DNA of 33,737 nucleotides from an uncultured virus (IMG/VR IMGVR_UViG_3300035698_019702) (taxonomy: Duplodnaviria > Heunggongvirae > Uroviricota > Caudoviricetes). The stretch is from IMG/VR virus record IMGVR_UViG_3300035698_019702. One strand, 5' to 3'. Position 1 is the stretch's first letter. Each line of letters starts with the position of its first letter. Of the stretch, positions 1 to 9,391 are shown in pieces. Position numbers and translations under genes: made by a program. Below the pieces are notes generated by a model. That model was not told the DNA's origin. It was given only the letters and a program-made list of their open reading frames with translations, and ran no database searches.

Positions 1-2
1 AA

Positions 3-203
3 GAAGAGAAGATTCAAAATCAGACCGCTAGAGCAACTTCTGCTAACTGCTGCTTATTGTTTGGATCGAGGTATTGTGAAAAGAATTGGCAAAAGGTACG
101 AATCACAGGAATACAATACGTTGGGTTAGAGCAATGTTACGATCTTGAGGTTGACAGTGATGATCATCTCTATTGTTTGTCATCGGGCATTGTAAGCTCA
201 AAT
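3..203 (+). mobile_element. Intein (C-terminal part) in dnaE
   Basis: Blocks F/G: VRITGIQYVGLEQCYDLEV..DHLYCLSSGIVSSN, followed by Ser+1 of DnaE SHA. Confidence 0.88.
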
Positions 204-695
204 TCCCATGCGACTAGCTATGCTTATGAATGTTGGAAAACAGCATATCTCAAAGCCTATTACATGCTTGAATTTATGTCAGCACGTATGTCTGTAGAAG
301 CTTTGCGTCGAGATTTTGAGTTTGTACAAAAGTGCGAGGAAGATTTACAGAGACATGGTTATAAGATTTTATCTCCTGATATAAATAGATCAAAGTTGCA
401 CTATGTGAAAGTTGGGGAGACGGAGTTGCTTCGTCCGCTCATTATCAAGGATGTAGGTGAGAAGGCTGCTCATGAAATTATTGAGAATCAACCTTATAAG
501 GGACATGATTTGATGTATGCTTTTGCTAGCAAAGTTAGTTCGATTGTCAATAGTAAAGTAGTAGAGGCACTATGTGATGCAAAGCTATTTGGTACAGAAA
601 AGAAGAAGTCCCAGTTGCTTCGAGACTTTGACACCATTAAGGTGGATCGTAAACGAAGTTGTGGGCGTCAAAAGGGCAATTTGTTCGCCACTTGA
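3..695 (+). CDS. dnaE: DNA polymerase III alpha subunit, C-terminal part (5'-truncated by window; contains intein C-terminus)
   Basis: Frame is open from nt 3. After the intein, SHATSYA..W.TAYLKAYY..EF, PDINRS, IKDVGE (HhH) and VNSKVVEALCDAKLF match DnaE. Ends at QKGNLF. Confidence 0.92.
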   Translation, partial: EEKIQNQTARATSANCCLLFGSRYCEKNWQKVRITGIQYVGLEQCYDLEVDSDDHLYCLSSGIVSSNSHATSYAYECWKTAYLKAYYMLEFMSARMSVEALRRDFEFVQKCEEDLQRHGYKILSPDINRSKLHYVKVGETELLRPLIIKDVGEKAAHEIIENQPYKGHDLMYAFASKVSSIVNSKVVEALCDAKLFGTEKKKSQLLRDFDTIKVDRKRSCGRQKGNLFAT

Positions 696-780
696 TCTGT
701 GTGCAAAATATTTTCAGATTTCTACTCAATCTCGCCGAATCTGTTGTATAATTAAAGTGATGTTTTTGATATAGGAGTAT

Positions 781-1134
781 TTGATGGCTAATGGGAAGTT
801 ACAGGCTGAAATAGACACGTCTACTAAGTCACATCGTAAAGGTCGATTACAAATAGGTTTACAGCGAACTCTTTCAACTGAGAAATATCAATCTCTAGTT
901 ATTAACTATCACATTGACGAGGAAATTGAATGGCAGACACTTTCTGAGCGTGAAAAGAAAGTAATGAACTGGCAGACGGTACTTACGAGGGAATTCCAGC
1001 AAATTCATGATCGAGTGCTTGATGAACTCAAGTTATCCCACAAGAAGGCATACTTCGTTGACAACCTGGATAAAGATGATCGACCAGAGCCAGGACAAGG
1101 CTTAGACAACTTAGACAACTTAGATACTCTATGA
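781..1134 (+). CDS. Hypothetical protein with LDNLDNLDTL C-terminal tail
   Basis: AGGAG RBS upstream (start may be ATG 784); TATAAT at 747-752; no family recognised. Confidence 0.75.
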   Translation: MMANGKLQAEIDTSTKSHRKGRLQIGLQRTLSTEKYQSLVINYHIDEEIEWQTLSEREKKVMNWQTVLTREFQQIHDRVLDELKLSHKKAYFVDNLDKDDRPEPGQGLDNLDNLDTL

Positions 1135-1207
1135 ACTACTCAATATACAGTGTTTTCCAACAAAATTAAAACTTCTTTCGTAAATAAGAAATAAATAGGG
1201 CAAAGTC

Positions 1208-2383
1208 ATGGATGCTGCGGCGATGGCGAAGTTATTTGATGTGATCGAGGTTAAAGAGGTAGTTGATGCTTCCGATGCTTCCGATCGGTCTTTTGATGAA
1301 CGTTGTGAAGATGTTAAAGATATGATGATAGAGGAAGAAGTGACTAAGAAACTTGATTCTGATTCTGGGAATGAGCATCGTGAAATTATTGCAGCGGCCC
1401 TTGAAGAAGCGGAAAGCAGTTCCTCACCATCTCAAGAGGTTGAGGTTGAGGTTGATACTGAGTCTCAGGACTCACTTTTAGTCGAGGGTGGCGAGCAATA
1501 TGAGAGTGAAGTATCGCGGGATATGGCAGAGTTTGAGTTTAAGGATGGTGAGGAGGATCAGAAGGGTGTAAAGACAGAAGATGGGGATAACCTTCCTTTG
1601 ATTTCTGATCCTCTAGATATAGTTGAAGAAGATGAAGTTTTTACCAAAGACAGCGGAGATAATCCTTTAGGGCTGCGGGGTTATGAGTTGCAATTTTACA
1701 GAGAATGTCTTAAAAAGTATCCGCAATTCACTCTTTATGATGGCAGCGTAAGCTTTAAGGAATTCTATCGTTACAAAGTGCATATGCTCAATATGGTTCT
1801 TACGAAATATCCTGTCTTAGATACTGCTGATATCCGTGATGAGATAGCCAAGTTAAATACAGACCACTTTCTTGGAGAGAAAACGGTCATCACTCCAAAT
1901 GTGATTCGTTACAAAATAGATGAATCGTACAAATGGAGAGCTCGACTTAGTGCAATTATACTCCGAGTCATTCCACAATTTTATATTTGGGAGCGATGGG
2001 GAGAGTTATTGGAATCGAAGCTATGGAAGGACCATGATTTAAAAGGTGCTCATCGGAGACACGGTTTAACAATGGAACATATGTCCGATGTTGCAGATTA
2101 TATTGGGGAATTAAAAGGTGTTATGGAATCAGGAAAACACGCAGATAATATTTTGAAGGCGGCTTCCGAATCTTTGAGCCGACAGTTGAGTTGTCTACAG
2201 ATGGGTAAAGAAGCTCTAGGTACAACTCAGGAAGGTGAAGAGAGAGTTAAGGAACAGCAGGTGAGTGATCTCGATGGCTTTGATAGTATAGGGCCAGGAG
2301 AAAAAATATCAGCACCCCAAGGCCAGGGCGTAGTAACTAGTACATTTGGTGTTGAGGCTGATGATTTAGCAGCGTTAGGGTAG
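1208..2383 (+). CDS. Hypothetical protein: acidic N-terminus plus helical C-terminal domain; possibly a UvsY-like recombination mediator
   Basis: 391-aa ORF. The function guess rests only on helical character and position before SSB and RecA. Confidence 0.55.
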   Translation: MDAAAMAKLFDVIEVKEVVDASDASDRSFDERCEDVKDMMIEEEVTKKLDSDSGNEHREIIAAALEEAESSSSPSQEVEVEVDTESQDSLLVEGGEQYESEVSRDMAEFEFKDGEEDQKGVKTEDGDNLPLISDPLDIVEEDEVFTKDSGDNPLGLRGYELQFYRECLKKYPQFTLYDGSVSFKEFYRYKVHMLNMVLTKYPVLDTADIRDEIAKLNTDHFLGEKTVITPNVIRYKIDESYKWRARLSAIILRVIPQFYIWERWGELLESKLWKDHDLKGAHRRHGLTMEHMSDVADYIGELKGVMESGKHADNILKAASESLSRQLSCLQMGKEALGTTQEGEERVKEQQVSDLDGFDSIGPGEKISAPQGQGVVTSTFGVEADDLAALG

Positions 2384-2408
2384 TATATAAATTTGATAGG
2401 AGAAAGTA

Positions 2409-3083
2409 ATGGCTACAGAAGTTGATTGGAACAGTGTTGGTGGAAAAAGTGGTGCTGGTGGAAGTGGTAAAAAGACTCGTTTTGTCCGATTTGAGGACGG
2501 CAAGACCGTAGAAGTTCGCCCAGTTGGTAAAGCAGTCGAGTTTTACAAGTTCTTTATTCAGGAGACGCAGCGATCCGTAGTTGTGGACCTTGATGATGGT
2601 ATGAAGGCTGCTGAAATTTTAACCGAGCATACTAACAAGGAATTCAAACCTAGCCATCGATATGCGATGAATGTGATTGATCGTGAAGATCAGTTGGTGA
2701 AGGTTCTTGATGGTGGACGGTCGATCTTCAAATATTTTGGTGCTTGGGCAAAGAGAACCAAGTCTCACCCAGGTGGCCAAAATGGAGGCAACTGGACAAT
2801 TGAGGCAACTGGTGTGAAATTGAATCGTGAATACACGACTACGTTCGTTGGTCCTGCTCCGATTTCTGACCAGGAGCGAGCCGCCATCAAGGCAAACGGT
2901 GATTTGTACACCTTGGAAGATGTTTTCAGAGCCACGCCAATGGACCAGCTGCTCGATAGAGCTTTTGGCACTGCGGCAACTCAGGGGCCTGTACCTGCTA
3001 CGACTCCGCAACAGGCCGTTGCAGATGAGTCGGCACTCGGCGATGTTGGTAACGATGTTGGCAACGATCCTATAAATTGGTAA
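2409..3083 (+). CDS. Phage single-stranded DNA-binding protein (gp32-like)
   Basis: FVRF..GK...VRP, RYAMNVIDRED..VKVL, G..W.I...G.KLNREY pattern; acidic tail ending DPINW; AGGAG RBS; adjacent to recA. Confidence 0.72.
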   Translation: MATEVDWNSVGGKSGAGGSGKKTRFVRFEDGKTVEVRPVGKAVEFYKFFIQETQRSVVVDLDDGMKAAEILTEHTNKEFKPSHRYAMNVIDREDQLVKVLDGGRSIFKYFGAWAKRTKSHPGGQNGGNWTIEATGVKLNREYTTTFVGPAPISDQERAAIKANGDLYTLEDVFRATPMDQLLDRAFGTAATQGPVPATTPQQAVADESALGDVGNDVGNDPINW

Positions 3084-3092
3084 ATTATTAGG

Positions 3093-3124
3093 AAAGGGGT
3101 GCGGGTATGATCCGCACCCCTTTT
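3093..3124 (+). terminator. Rho-independent terminator
   Basis: AAAGGGGTGCGG...CCGCACCCCTTTT hairpin just after the SSB stop. Confidence 0.85.
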
Positions 3125-3147
3125 CTCGATAGAAATAAGGATGTCAA

Positions 3148-4386
3148 ATGGCTACACGTAAAGTATCAGATAAAATACTGGAAGTTGTTCTAAAGAGTCT
3201 TACCGCTCGATTTGGTGAGAACTACAAAACCAAAGGTCTTGCTTCAGTTGATCTTGAGGCTATTCCAACAGGTCACGATGATCTTGATGTGTTGTTAACA
3301 AAGGGTGCAAGGGGACTTGCGAAGGGCTGTATCGTGGAGTTGATGGGTTCAGAAGGATCGGGAAAAACATCAATTGCAATGAGAGTAGTAGCTAACGCCC
3401 AAAAGTCAGGTGAATTATGTGCGTGGTTTGATACGGAACGAGCATTCAGTTATGCCCTTTCTGAGATCAACGGCATGTCACCATCGAAGTTGTTTCTGCC
3501 TCCATTAGTCAAGAACGAGAAGGGGAATGATGATTCGTTCGAACTGATGAATGTTAACGAAATTTTGGAAATGGTCTATCGGTCGATTTGTGCCAACATC
3601 TATGGTGTGGTTGTCCTTGACTCGGTAGCTGGGTTGATTCCAGAAAGAGTATTGGCAGAGGATTTCAATCCCAATAGCGCAGGTATGGCTGAAGTAGCCA
3701 GAGCAATGAGTTCGATGCTAGGCAAGATTGCTCAGGCTTCTGCTCAAACCCAAACCACTGTCATCTTCATCAACCAACTGAGAGAAAAGCCAGGTGAATA
3801 CTTCAAAGATCGTTTTCATACGCCTGGTGGTCGTGCACTCAAATTCTTTGCTCACCAAAGGTTGAGCATAGAAAAGAAGAATGGTGCAGCAGGGCAGGTG
3901 TTCGTGAAGGATGAAGAAGGTCACGATGAGCTTATAGGTCACTATGCTCGTTGTACGATTGTGAAAAATAGAATGGCTCCTCCGGTCCCGCCAAATGTTT
4001 CTATTGAGATTCCGATTTATTACGTTGAATATAACCCGGATGATGCTAAAAAAACTTATGATTTGGCACGATCCCTGCAAGTTGTAACTATCCGAAATGG
4101 TACCTTGACGTGGAAAGAAAATGACGATATAATACTTAAAGTGGAGGGTGAAGCGGATTTCTTATCGGCCATCCGAGAGCAGCAGCTTGAATCCCATTTG
4201 GCTATGTGTTGCGCGAATGTAGCTAAAGAAGAAAAGAATGCTAAGAAAAAGCAGCCGGTCAGAGTTCCGATTGCTGTTGATGAACTGGCATCGACATACG
4301 TGAGCTCAAAACCAAAGGCTGTTCCAAAGAAGAAATCGACTAAGAAAGTTCTACAAACAGATTTAGAAGTAGATGGCGAAATTTAA
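3148..4386 (+). CDS. recA: RecA recombinase
   Basis: IPTG..LD, Walker A GSEGSGKT, DTE, VVLDSVA, IFINQLREK, TPGGRALKFFA, VKNRMAPP. Confidence 0.96.
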   Translation: MATRKVSDKILEVVLKSLTARFGENYKTKGLASVDLEAIPTGHDDLDVLLTKGARGLAKGCIVELMGSEGSGKTSIAMRVVANAQKSGELCAWFDTERAFSYALSEINGMSPSKLFLPPLVKNEKGNDDSFELMNVNEILEMVYRSICANIYGVVVLDSVAGLIPERVLAEDFNPNSAGMAEVARAMSSMLGKIAQASAQTQTTVIFINQLREKPGEYFKDRFHTPGGRALKFFAHQRLSIEKKNGAAGQVFVKDEEGHDELIGHYARCTIVKNRMAPPVPPNVSIEIPIYYVEYNPDDAKKTYDLARSLQVVTIRNGTLTWKENDDIILKVEGEADFLSAIREQQLESHLAMCCANVAKEEKNAKKKQPVRVPIAVDELASTYVSSKPKAVPKKKSTKKVLQTDLEVDGEI

Positions 4387-5155
4387 GGCCAGATTCAGTG
4401 ATGCTGAAAGGGCGGAACTCCTAGCAAAATCGCAGAGATGCATTTGGTTGCAGGAGGGGCGCTCGGGTATGGCGTACTTGGATCATCGCCATTTATCTAA
4501 GCAGGTCATCAAGGAATTTGGGTTAGGTTTCGTACCCCACGATGTTTGTCATCAACTTGCAGGTCGTATAATTTTTCCCTTATACGATCCGAGCGGTAAC
4601 CTAGTCACCCTGATGTCTCGTCATATTGGCAACGGAGACTCTCGGCTCCCTGATCATTGGCATGAGCATTATGAAAAATCTTTCCATTTGTATGCAATTG
4701 ATAAAGCGAAGGATTATATGCGAAAGTGGGGTTTCGTGGTGGTTTGCGAAGGGCAAATTGATGCACTGCAATTCCATAATAACGGAGTCAAAAATGTAGT
4801 AGCTTTATGTTGTACTAACTTAAGTGATGTGCAGATGGCTCTCATTCACCGCTATTGCGATGAAATTATTTTAGTTCTGGATTCTGACCCGAATAGGGCA
4901 GGTCAAAGTGGAACCGAGAAAATCATGCAGAAAGTACTACCCAAGGGCTATGCAATGTGTGATTCTTTTGGGGAATTGGAAAGAGTAGCAGTTGGCACAG
5001 GGCTTGCTTATAAGATTAGTCCTGTATTTCTCCCTGATGACATGGACCCGGATGAACATATCCAAGCTCACGGTATTCAAAAGATAAAGAGTTTGGTGCT
5101 TGAACCACTAATGAAAATGAGAGGTAGACAATGTCAGTTAATATCAACGTCTTGA
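4373..5155 (+). CDS. dnaG: DNA primase DnaG-like (catalytic core/TOPRIM only)
   Basis: YL..R.L....IKEFGLGF, GRIIFP, VVCEGQIDAL, LDSD..AG, DPDE. Confidence 0.88.
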   Translation: MAKFKARFSDAERAELLAKSQRCIWLQEGRSGMAYLDHRHLSKQVIKEFGLGFVPHDVCHQLAGRIIFPLYDPSGNLVTLMSRHIGNGDSRLPDHWHEHYEKSFHLYAIDKAKDYMRKWGFVVVCEGQIDALQFHNNGVKNVVALCCTNLSDVQMALIHRYCDEIILVLDSDPNRAGQSGTEKIMQKVLPKGYAMCDSFGELERVAVGTGLAYKISPVFLPDDMDPDEHIQAHGIQKIKSLVLEPLMKMRGRQCQLISTS

Positions 5156-6009
5156 AAGCAGTGAACAACTTCTTAGTAGAGCGAGCGAAAGTCAATGACC
5201 GAGATTACTCGTATTTTCATGCAAGCAGTTGGGAAGATTGTCATCGTAAGGTAGCTTATGCTTATTACGAATCGAAAGAGATTATACATATAGACGAGTC
5301 TGCTTTGAAACTCGACAGTACACAAGAGAGAATCTTTGATAATGGACACTATGCTCACGACCGATGGCGTGATTACTTCATAGGCACATCTATTGATGCA
5401 CTACTAGGCAGATGGGTGTGTCTTAATTGGGCAGTACATCCAGAGCCTAGACTGTTTGGGTTGGATTCCAAACTAGGGTGTATAAGGCCCGAGAAATGCG
5501 AATGTGGCTCAACCAAATTTCAGTATGCTGAAGTGGGTTTCCGCGATGATGAGACGTGGTGGGGTGGTCATGTTGATGCAATCATTGATATTACCAAATG
5601 GCCCTTTACGAAATTAGGGGAGTATAAGAAACCTGAAATCGTGCCGGATGATGAAAGATATTTTCTGATCGACTTTAAAACGATGAATCCTTTCGAGTTT
5701 AAGGACTTGGAGAAACCCAAGATTGAACATAAAACGCAGATGCAAGTGTATCTTTATCTTAGTGGCCTGAAATATGGCAAGTTCGTTTATGAGAATAAAG
5801 CCAATCAAAGTGTTAAGGAGTTTTTGGTGCTACGAGATGATGCTATGATAGACGTTAAGCGAGAAGAGGCCGTAAGGTTACGGTACCAAGTCACCAATAA
5901 GAACTCGCAAGGTCAGCATGTATTACCACCCAGAGGTTATGACTCTCGTGGGCATAAGAGGTGTTTAGAATGCAAATACAGAGGTCATTGCTGGAAGGGC
6001 GTAAAATAG
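5131..6009 (+). CDS. Cas4-like PD-(D/E)XK exonuclease with Fe-S cysteines
   Basis: CHRK..Y, G...H, GHVDAI, IDFKT, QMQVY, C-terminal CLECKYRGHC. Confidence 0.85.
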   Translation: MSVNINVLKAVNNFLVERAKVNDRDYSYFHASSWEDCHRKVAYAYYESKEIIHIDESALKLDSTQERIFDNGHYAHDRWRDYFIGTSIDALLGRWVCLNWAVHPEPRLFGLDSKLGCIRPEKCECGSTKFQYAEVGFRDDETWWGGHVDAIIDITKWPFTKLGEYKKPEIVPDDERYFLIDFKTMNPFEFKDLEKPKIEHKTQMQVYLYLSGLKYGKFVYENKANQSVKEFLVLRDDAMIDVKREEAVRLRYQVTNKNSQGQHVLPPRGYDSRGHKRCLECKYRGHCWKGVK

Positions 6010-6018
6010 GAGGATGGC

Positions 6019-7119
6019 ATGTCTAAACTACACTATTGTCTTAATGGGAGGCCAGTAACAGAACAAGTTGTGCTGTATCAGAAAACTCGCGAGAGCAGAG
6101 ATTATCTTCCGATACAGTTCTACTATGACGATTACAAAGATCACTGGTTTGCTCAGTTAGACGACTACATAGATAGGATAACCTTTGAATCTGACTTCGA
6201 CTATAAGTTGTCTGTAGCAGTTAACATGTTTAAATCTGCAACTGCTGCTTGCTTGCAAAAGGAAAAAGGCTATGGTCCTCTTGGGGCATTTAATGGGTTC
6301 TTCTATAAGATACTTTCTAATTGGAAGTCTAATATCAAAACTTCTGCCTTCCGAGTAAAACGGCGTCCCGCAGTTCAATGCCCAGTTTGCAGTCGTATGG
6401 TTGGACGTATAGATGAGAAGCATCTCCAACACTTCAAAACGATCAGTGATCTACCTAAGTTTATGGTTTGGCGGGGTGATATCTACGAGGTAACTAGCAT
6501 GCCGCGAGTATACGTGGTTACTTGGGGAGAGAAAACGAATGCAAAGATTACTGCCTTAAAAAATGGCGATGCTAAAACATTTGCATCCTGTAAATGCCGT
6601 ATCAGGTGGCCGTGGAAACTGGATGATGGCAGTAAAGGTGTGTTATGTCCATTTACTAAGAACATTATTCCTCACATTAATGAAGAATATCTCAAGTCTC
6701 TTCCTGTCGAGCATGGACGGTATGCACCTCCTATGACCTGGGTAGCGTTTTCTGAAAAATACCCTTGTAGTTTGATTCAGTCGGAAGTCTATGATTTGCA
6801 CCGTCCGGTAGGCTGGGATCAAAAGGGTGTTTTGCAGGATCATATAGACCGGGATCGTAGAGTAATAGGTCCATTTGAGTTGATCGATTATGATGATATC
6901 AAATCGGGTGATGTGCCGATATCGTTCGAGAGTGCTTTCTGTATTATTGAGAATTTTATCAAGGATTCGATGGATCAGGAAATACTAAAGCTTATTGCGA
7001 CTGGTTATACTGTAGACGATGTTGCTTCTACCCTGGAGATCGACAAAAAGGAGGTTCGCTCCAGAATTAAATCAGTACGTAGTGAAGAGCTTCGGCGATT
7101 GCTTGACGAGACGGTATAA
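6019..7119 (+). CDS. Putative phage RNA polymerase sigma-like factor with Zn-finger insertion
   Basis: Region-2-like FNGFFYKILSN; C-terminal region-4/LuxR-type HTH (DQEILKLIATGYTVDDVASTLEIDKKEVRSRI); central CPVC..HLQH. Confidence 0.55.
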   Translation: MSKLHYCLNGRPVTEQVVLYQKTRESRDYLPIQFYYDDYKDHWFAQLDDYIDRITFESDFDYKLSVAVNMFKSATAACLQKEKGYGPLGAFNGFFYKILSNWKSNIKTSAFRVKRRPAVQCPVCSRMVGRIDEKHLQHFKTISDLPKFMVWRGDIYEVTSMPRVYVVTWGEKTNAKITALKNGDAKTFASCKCRIRWPWKLDDGSKGVLCPFTKNIIPHINEEYLKSLPVEHGRYAPPMTWVAFSEKYPCSLIQSEVYDLHRPVGWDQKGVLQDHIDRDRRVIGPFELIDYDDIKSGDVPISFESAFCIIENFIKDSMDQEILKLIATGYTVDDVASTLEIDKKEVRSRIKSVRSEELRRLLDETV

Positions 7120-7145
7120 TAGGTTGTTTGTATCGGGAGAATATT

Positions 7146-7565
7146 ATGGATACTGAAATGCCTGCTCCAATAGAAGACGATGAATCAAAGATGGGTAGTT
7201 TTAGAGATGGAACCAGTGATCCGGGATTTTTGGTTGCTAAGGGGAGGTTTAGAGGGGCAACTGAGTCTGATAAAAAATCAGCAGAAAAGGAACATGTTAA
7301 GAAGTTGGCTTATGCGGTCTTTATGGCTTTACGACGGCATGGCTATGCAAAGGTTCGGGCAGTTGGTCCGTTTGCGAACTACAACGCGGTCAAAGCCCTT
7401 ATTATCGCTACTGGATATTGTGCCCCGAAGGGTATAGATTTGTGTTTTGTACCCTCGTTTAATGAAGGTAATCTAGGCAAACTACGTGACGAGAATCATG
7501 TCGAGACAGTCACAGCAATCCTGTATTCAGTCAAGGGATTTAAAGAATGGTCTGGTACTAAATAG
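7146..7565 (+). CDS. spoVS: Stage V sporulation protein S (SpoVS) family protein
   Basis: G.AKVRAVG..A.YNAVKALIIATGYCAPKGIDL.FVPSF...TAI closely parallels SpoVS; ATG 7146 follows GGAG. Confidence 0.88.
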   Translation: MDTEMPAPIEDDESKMGSFRDGTSDPGFLVAKGRFRGATESDKKSAEKEHVKKLAYAVFMALRRHGYAKVRAVGPFANYNAVKALIIATGYCAPKGIDLCFVPSFNEGNLGKLRDENHVETVTAILYSVKGFKEWSGTK

Positions 7566-7574
7566 GAGAGATAA

Positions 7575-8198
7575 ATGAGTATATCTGCATTTGATGCTAT
7601 AACGGGTGGAACGGTCATTACTGATGATTTGGTATTGTCATCTGAGTTTGAAATTGAAGAGGTTTTGATACGGTTACAGGAGTTGAATTCCAAGATTGAA
7701 CATGCTAAAGGTTTGAAGAAGTATAGGGTTGAGACAGCAGACATTGAGATTAAGTCTCTTGAGGAGAAGATTGGTCAATTCCGACGGTTAATTCAAAACA
7801 CAATGTTTACTCTGACGCCGAATGAGAAAAGCCTGCAATTCCCATCGATTGCCAAAGTGGTCAAACGTAAGGGGTCGGATAGTTGGAAGATCGAAGATGA
7901 AGCCGAGTTCCTGAAACACGTCAGAAATGAGCATAAGGCAGACTATGACAAGGTAGTCAAAGTAAAACAGAGCGTAGACTCTCGTGCTGCTAAGAAGATG
8001 ATTGACGATTGGACAGAGTCCGAAGATGTCCCAGGAGTTAGGAAGGTGGAAGGAATTGAAAGTATTAGTATTACTTTTGATGCTGATGCTCCGAAGTTAT
8101 CCAAAGTTTCGACAGTGAAAACACTCAAGCCTTTGGCTACAAAATCCACAGCCCCGGTGAAACAAGATTTAGACAAACTGGACAACTTAGACGTATGA
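7575..8198 (+). CDS. Mu Gam / Siphovirus Gp157-like protein
   Basis: N-terminal coiled coil, KSLQFP...KRK...W.IEDE, VKVKQSVD...KK, VPGV......ISI. Confidence 0.65.
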   Translation: MSISAFDAITGGTVITDDLVLSSEFEIEEVLIRLQELNSKIEHAKGLKKYRVETADIEIKSLEEKIGQFRRLIQNTMFTLTPNEKSLQFPSIAKVVKRKGSDSWKIEDEAEFLKHVRNEHKADYDKVVKVKQSVDSRAAKKMIDDWTESEDVPGVRKVEGIESISITFDADAPKLSKVSTVKTLKPLATKSTAPVKQDLDKLDNLDV

Positions 8199-8228
8199 AC
8201 TGATTAAAGTGGGACTTTCACAAATCGT

Positions 8229-8945
8229 ATGAATCCATTTGGCGTAGATACATCAGAATCGAACATTCGTAGACCTTTGATATCATTGAAGGTTTTGTAT
8301 GATGGAATGCCCTCAACTACAGGCTGTGAGCAGTGTGAGAAGCATTTTGGCGAGGATGCTTTTTGGTGTTGTCGGTTTAATAGCCCTAGCCTGTATTATG
8401 TGGAATTTCTGAAGGCTTTGGAGACAATCCAGAAAACCTGGAAGAAACCTGCAAAGCGTGACTTGTTGCTTCGGGCTATTGTTAATTATCTAGATACCAG
8501 ACTGGTGAAAGGCTGTATCTTCTGGGAGGGTCGTTGTCAAATCTATGAAGATCGCACCCTATCATGCCGAATTTACGGAGTTGTTCCGCAAGGTAGCTGG
8601 GACAAACGGATCAAAGTATTGAAAGATCGTGAGGGAGAGGATTTCTCAGTGCGAGATCAATGTGATAAAGTTAGTGCTTCTTGTACTATTACTGAGGCTG
8701 ATGAGGATAAATGGTTTGAGCATACTCGCAAATGTGAAGAAATGGTGGGAGTTAGCAAGGACTGCATCAATCTACATGATGTCCCAGGTGGTTCCTACCG
8801 CACTTTTCATGATCATTTAATATTAGAATTACTAGAGCCTGCTGCTTTGAATAATCTGACGGAAGTAAAATTGACTCAGCCTAGCCGAGAGGATATAGAG
8901 GAATTCGCAGAAGTGTTGTCTGGTATGTTGGAGGCTAAGTTATGA
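8229..8945 (+). CDS. YkgJ-like (CxxCxxCC) cysteine-cluster protein
   Basis: CEQC...WCC, CIFW..RCQIYEDR.LSCRIYG. Confidence 0.8.
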   Translation: MNPFGVDTSESNIRRPLISLKVLYDGMPSTTGCEQCEKHFGEDAFWCCRFNSPSLYYVEFLKALETIQKTWKKPAKRDLLLRAIVNYLDTRLVKGCIFWEGRCQIYEDRTLSCRIYGVVPQGSWDKRIKVLKDREGEDFSVRDQCDKVSASCTITEADEDKWFEHTRKCEEMVGVSKDCINLHDVPGGSYRTFHDHLILELLEPAALNNLTEVKLTQPSREDIEEFAEVLSGMLEAKL

Positions 8946-9391
8946 CATATTACTATGTACGCATTTTAGATGCACAGTACGACCAAGATAACGGTATGCT
9001 CGTTATTAATGGAGCACTGATACATAACTCCGAGAAAAAACTGATTGTCTTTTCCAAAGATGATATATCCCACGCGTTTGGCATGTCTGATCTAGGTGAT
9101 AAGAATATGCATTATTTTGCGAGATGCTTGGCGAGACGTGAAGCACCTTTTAAGTTCGGAATAGATGATGATCCTAAGCGGCAGTTGATGAGTGGTGAGG
9201 AACAACTTAAGTACGCCGCTTTGTTTAGTAAACAAATAGGTGATGAACTTGAAAAGGTGTCTGAAGGTCTTAAGGATGAGTGGGGGCAGGTGCAGAGAAA
9301 ACTAGGTCGTATGGCTGCTGATGGCAAGATTGATGCGGCTGGATTGCTGAGGGAAGAGACTGTTGTTCGCGGCCAATTAGGAATGAAATAA
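8942..9391 (+). CDS. Hypothetical protein
   Basis: ATGA overlap with the upstream gene; GGAGG RBS. Confidence 0.75.
   Translation: MTYYYVRILDAQYDQDNGMLVINGALIHNSEKKLIVFSKDDISHAFGMSDLGDKNMHYFARCLARREAPFKFGIDDDPKRQLMSGEEQLKYAALFSKQIGDELEKVSEGLKDEWGQVQRKLGRMAADGKIDAAGLLREETVVRGQLGMK

Noticed and set aside
1265..1456. Short tandem repeats GATGCTTCC x2 and GAGGTT x3
   Set aside because: In-frame low-complexity coding repeats in an acidic disordered region.
5131..6009. CRISPR-Cas locus suggested by the Cas4-like gene
   Set aside because: No repeat-spacer array or other cas genes; solo Cas4-like nucleases are common in phage replication modules.
7103..7120. TTGACG...TATAAT as a sigma70 promoter before spoVS
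   Set aside because: The spacer is only 6 nt, and the TATAAT includes the upstream stop codon.
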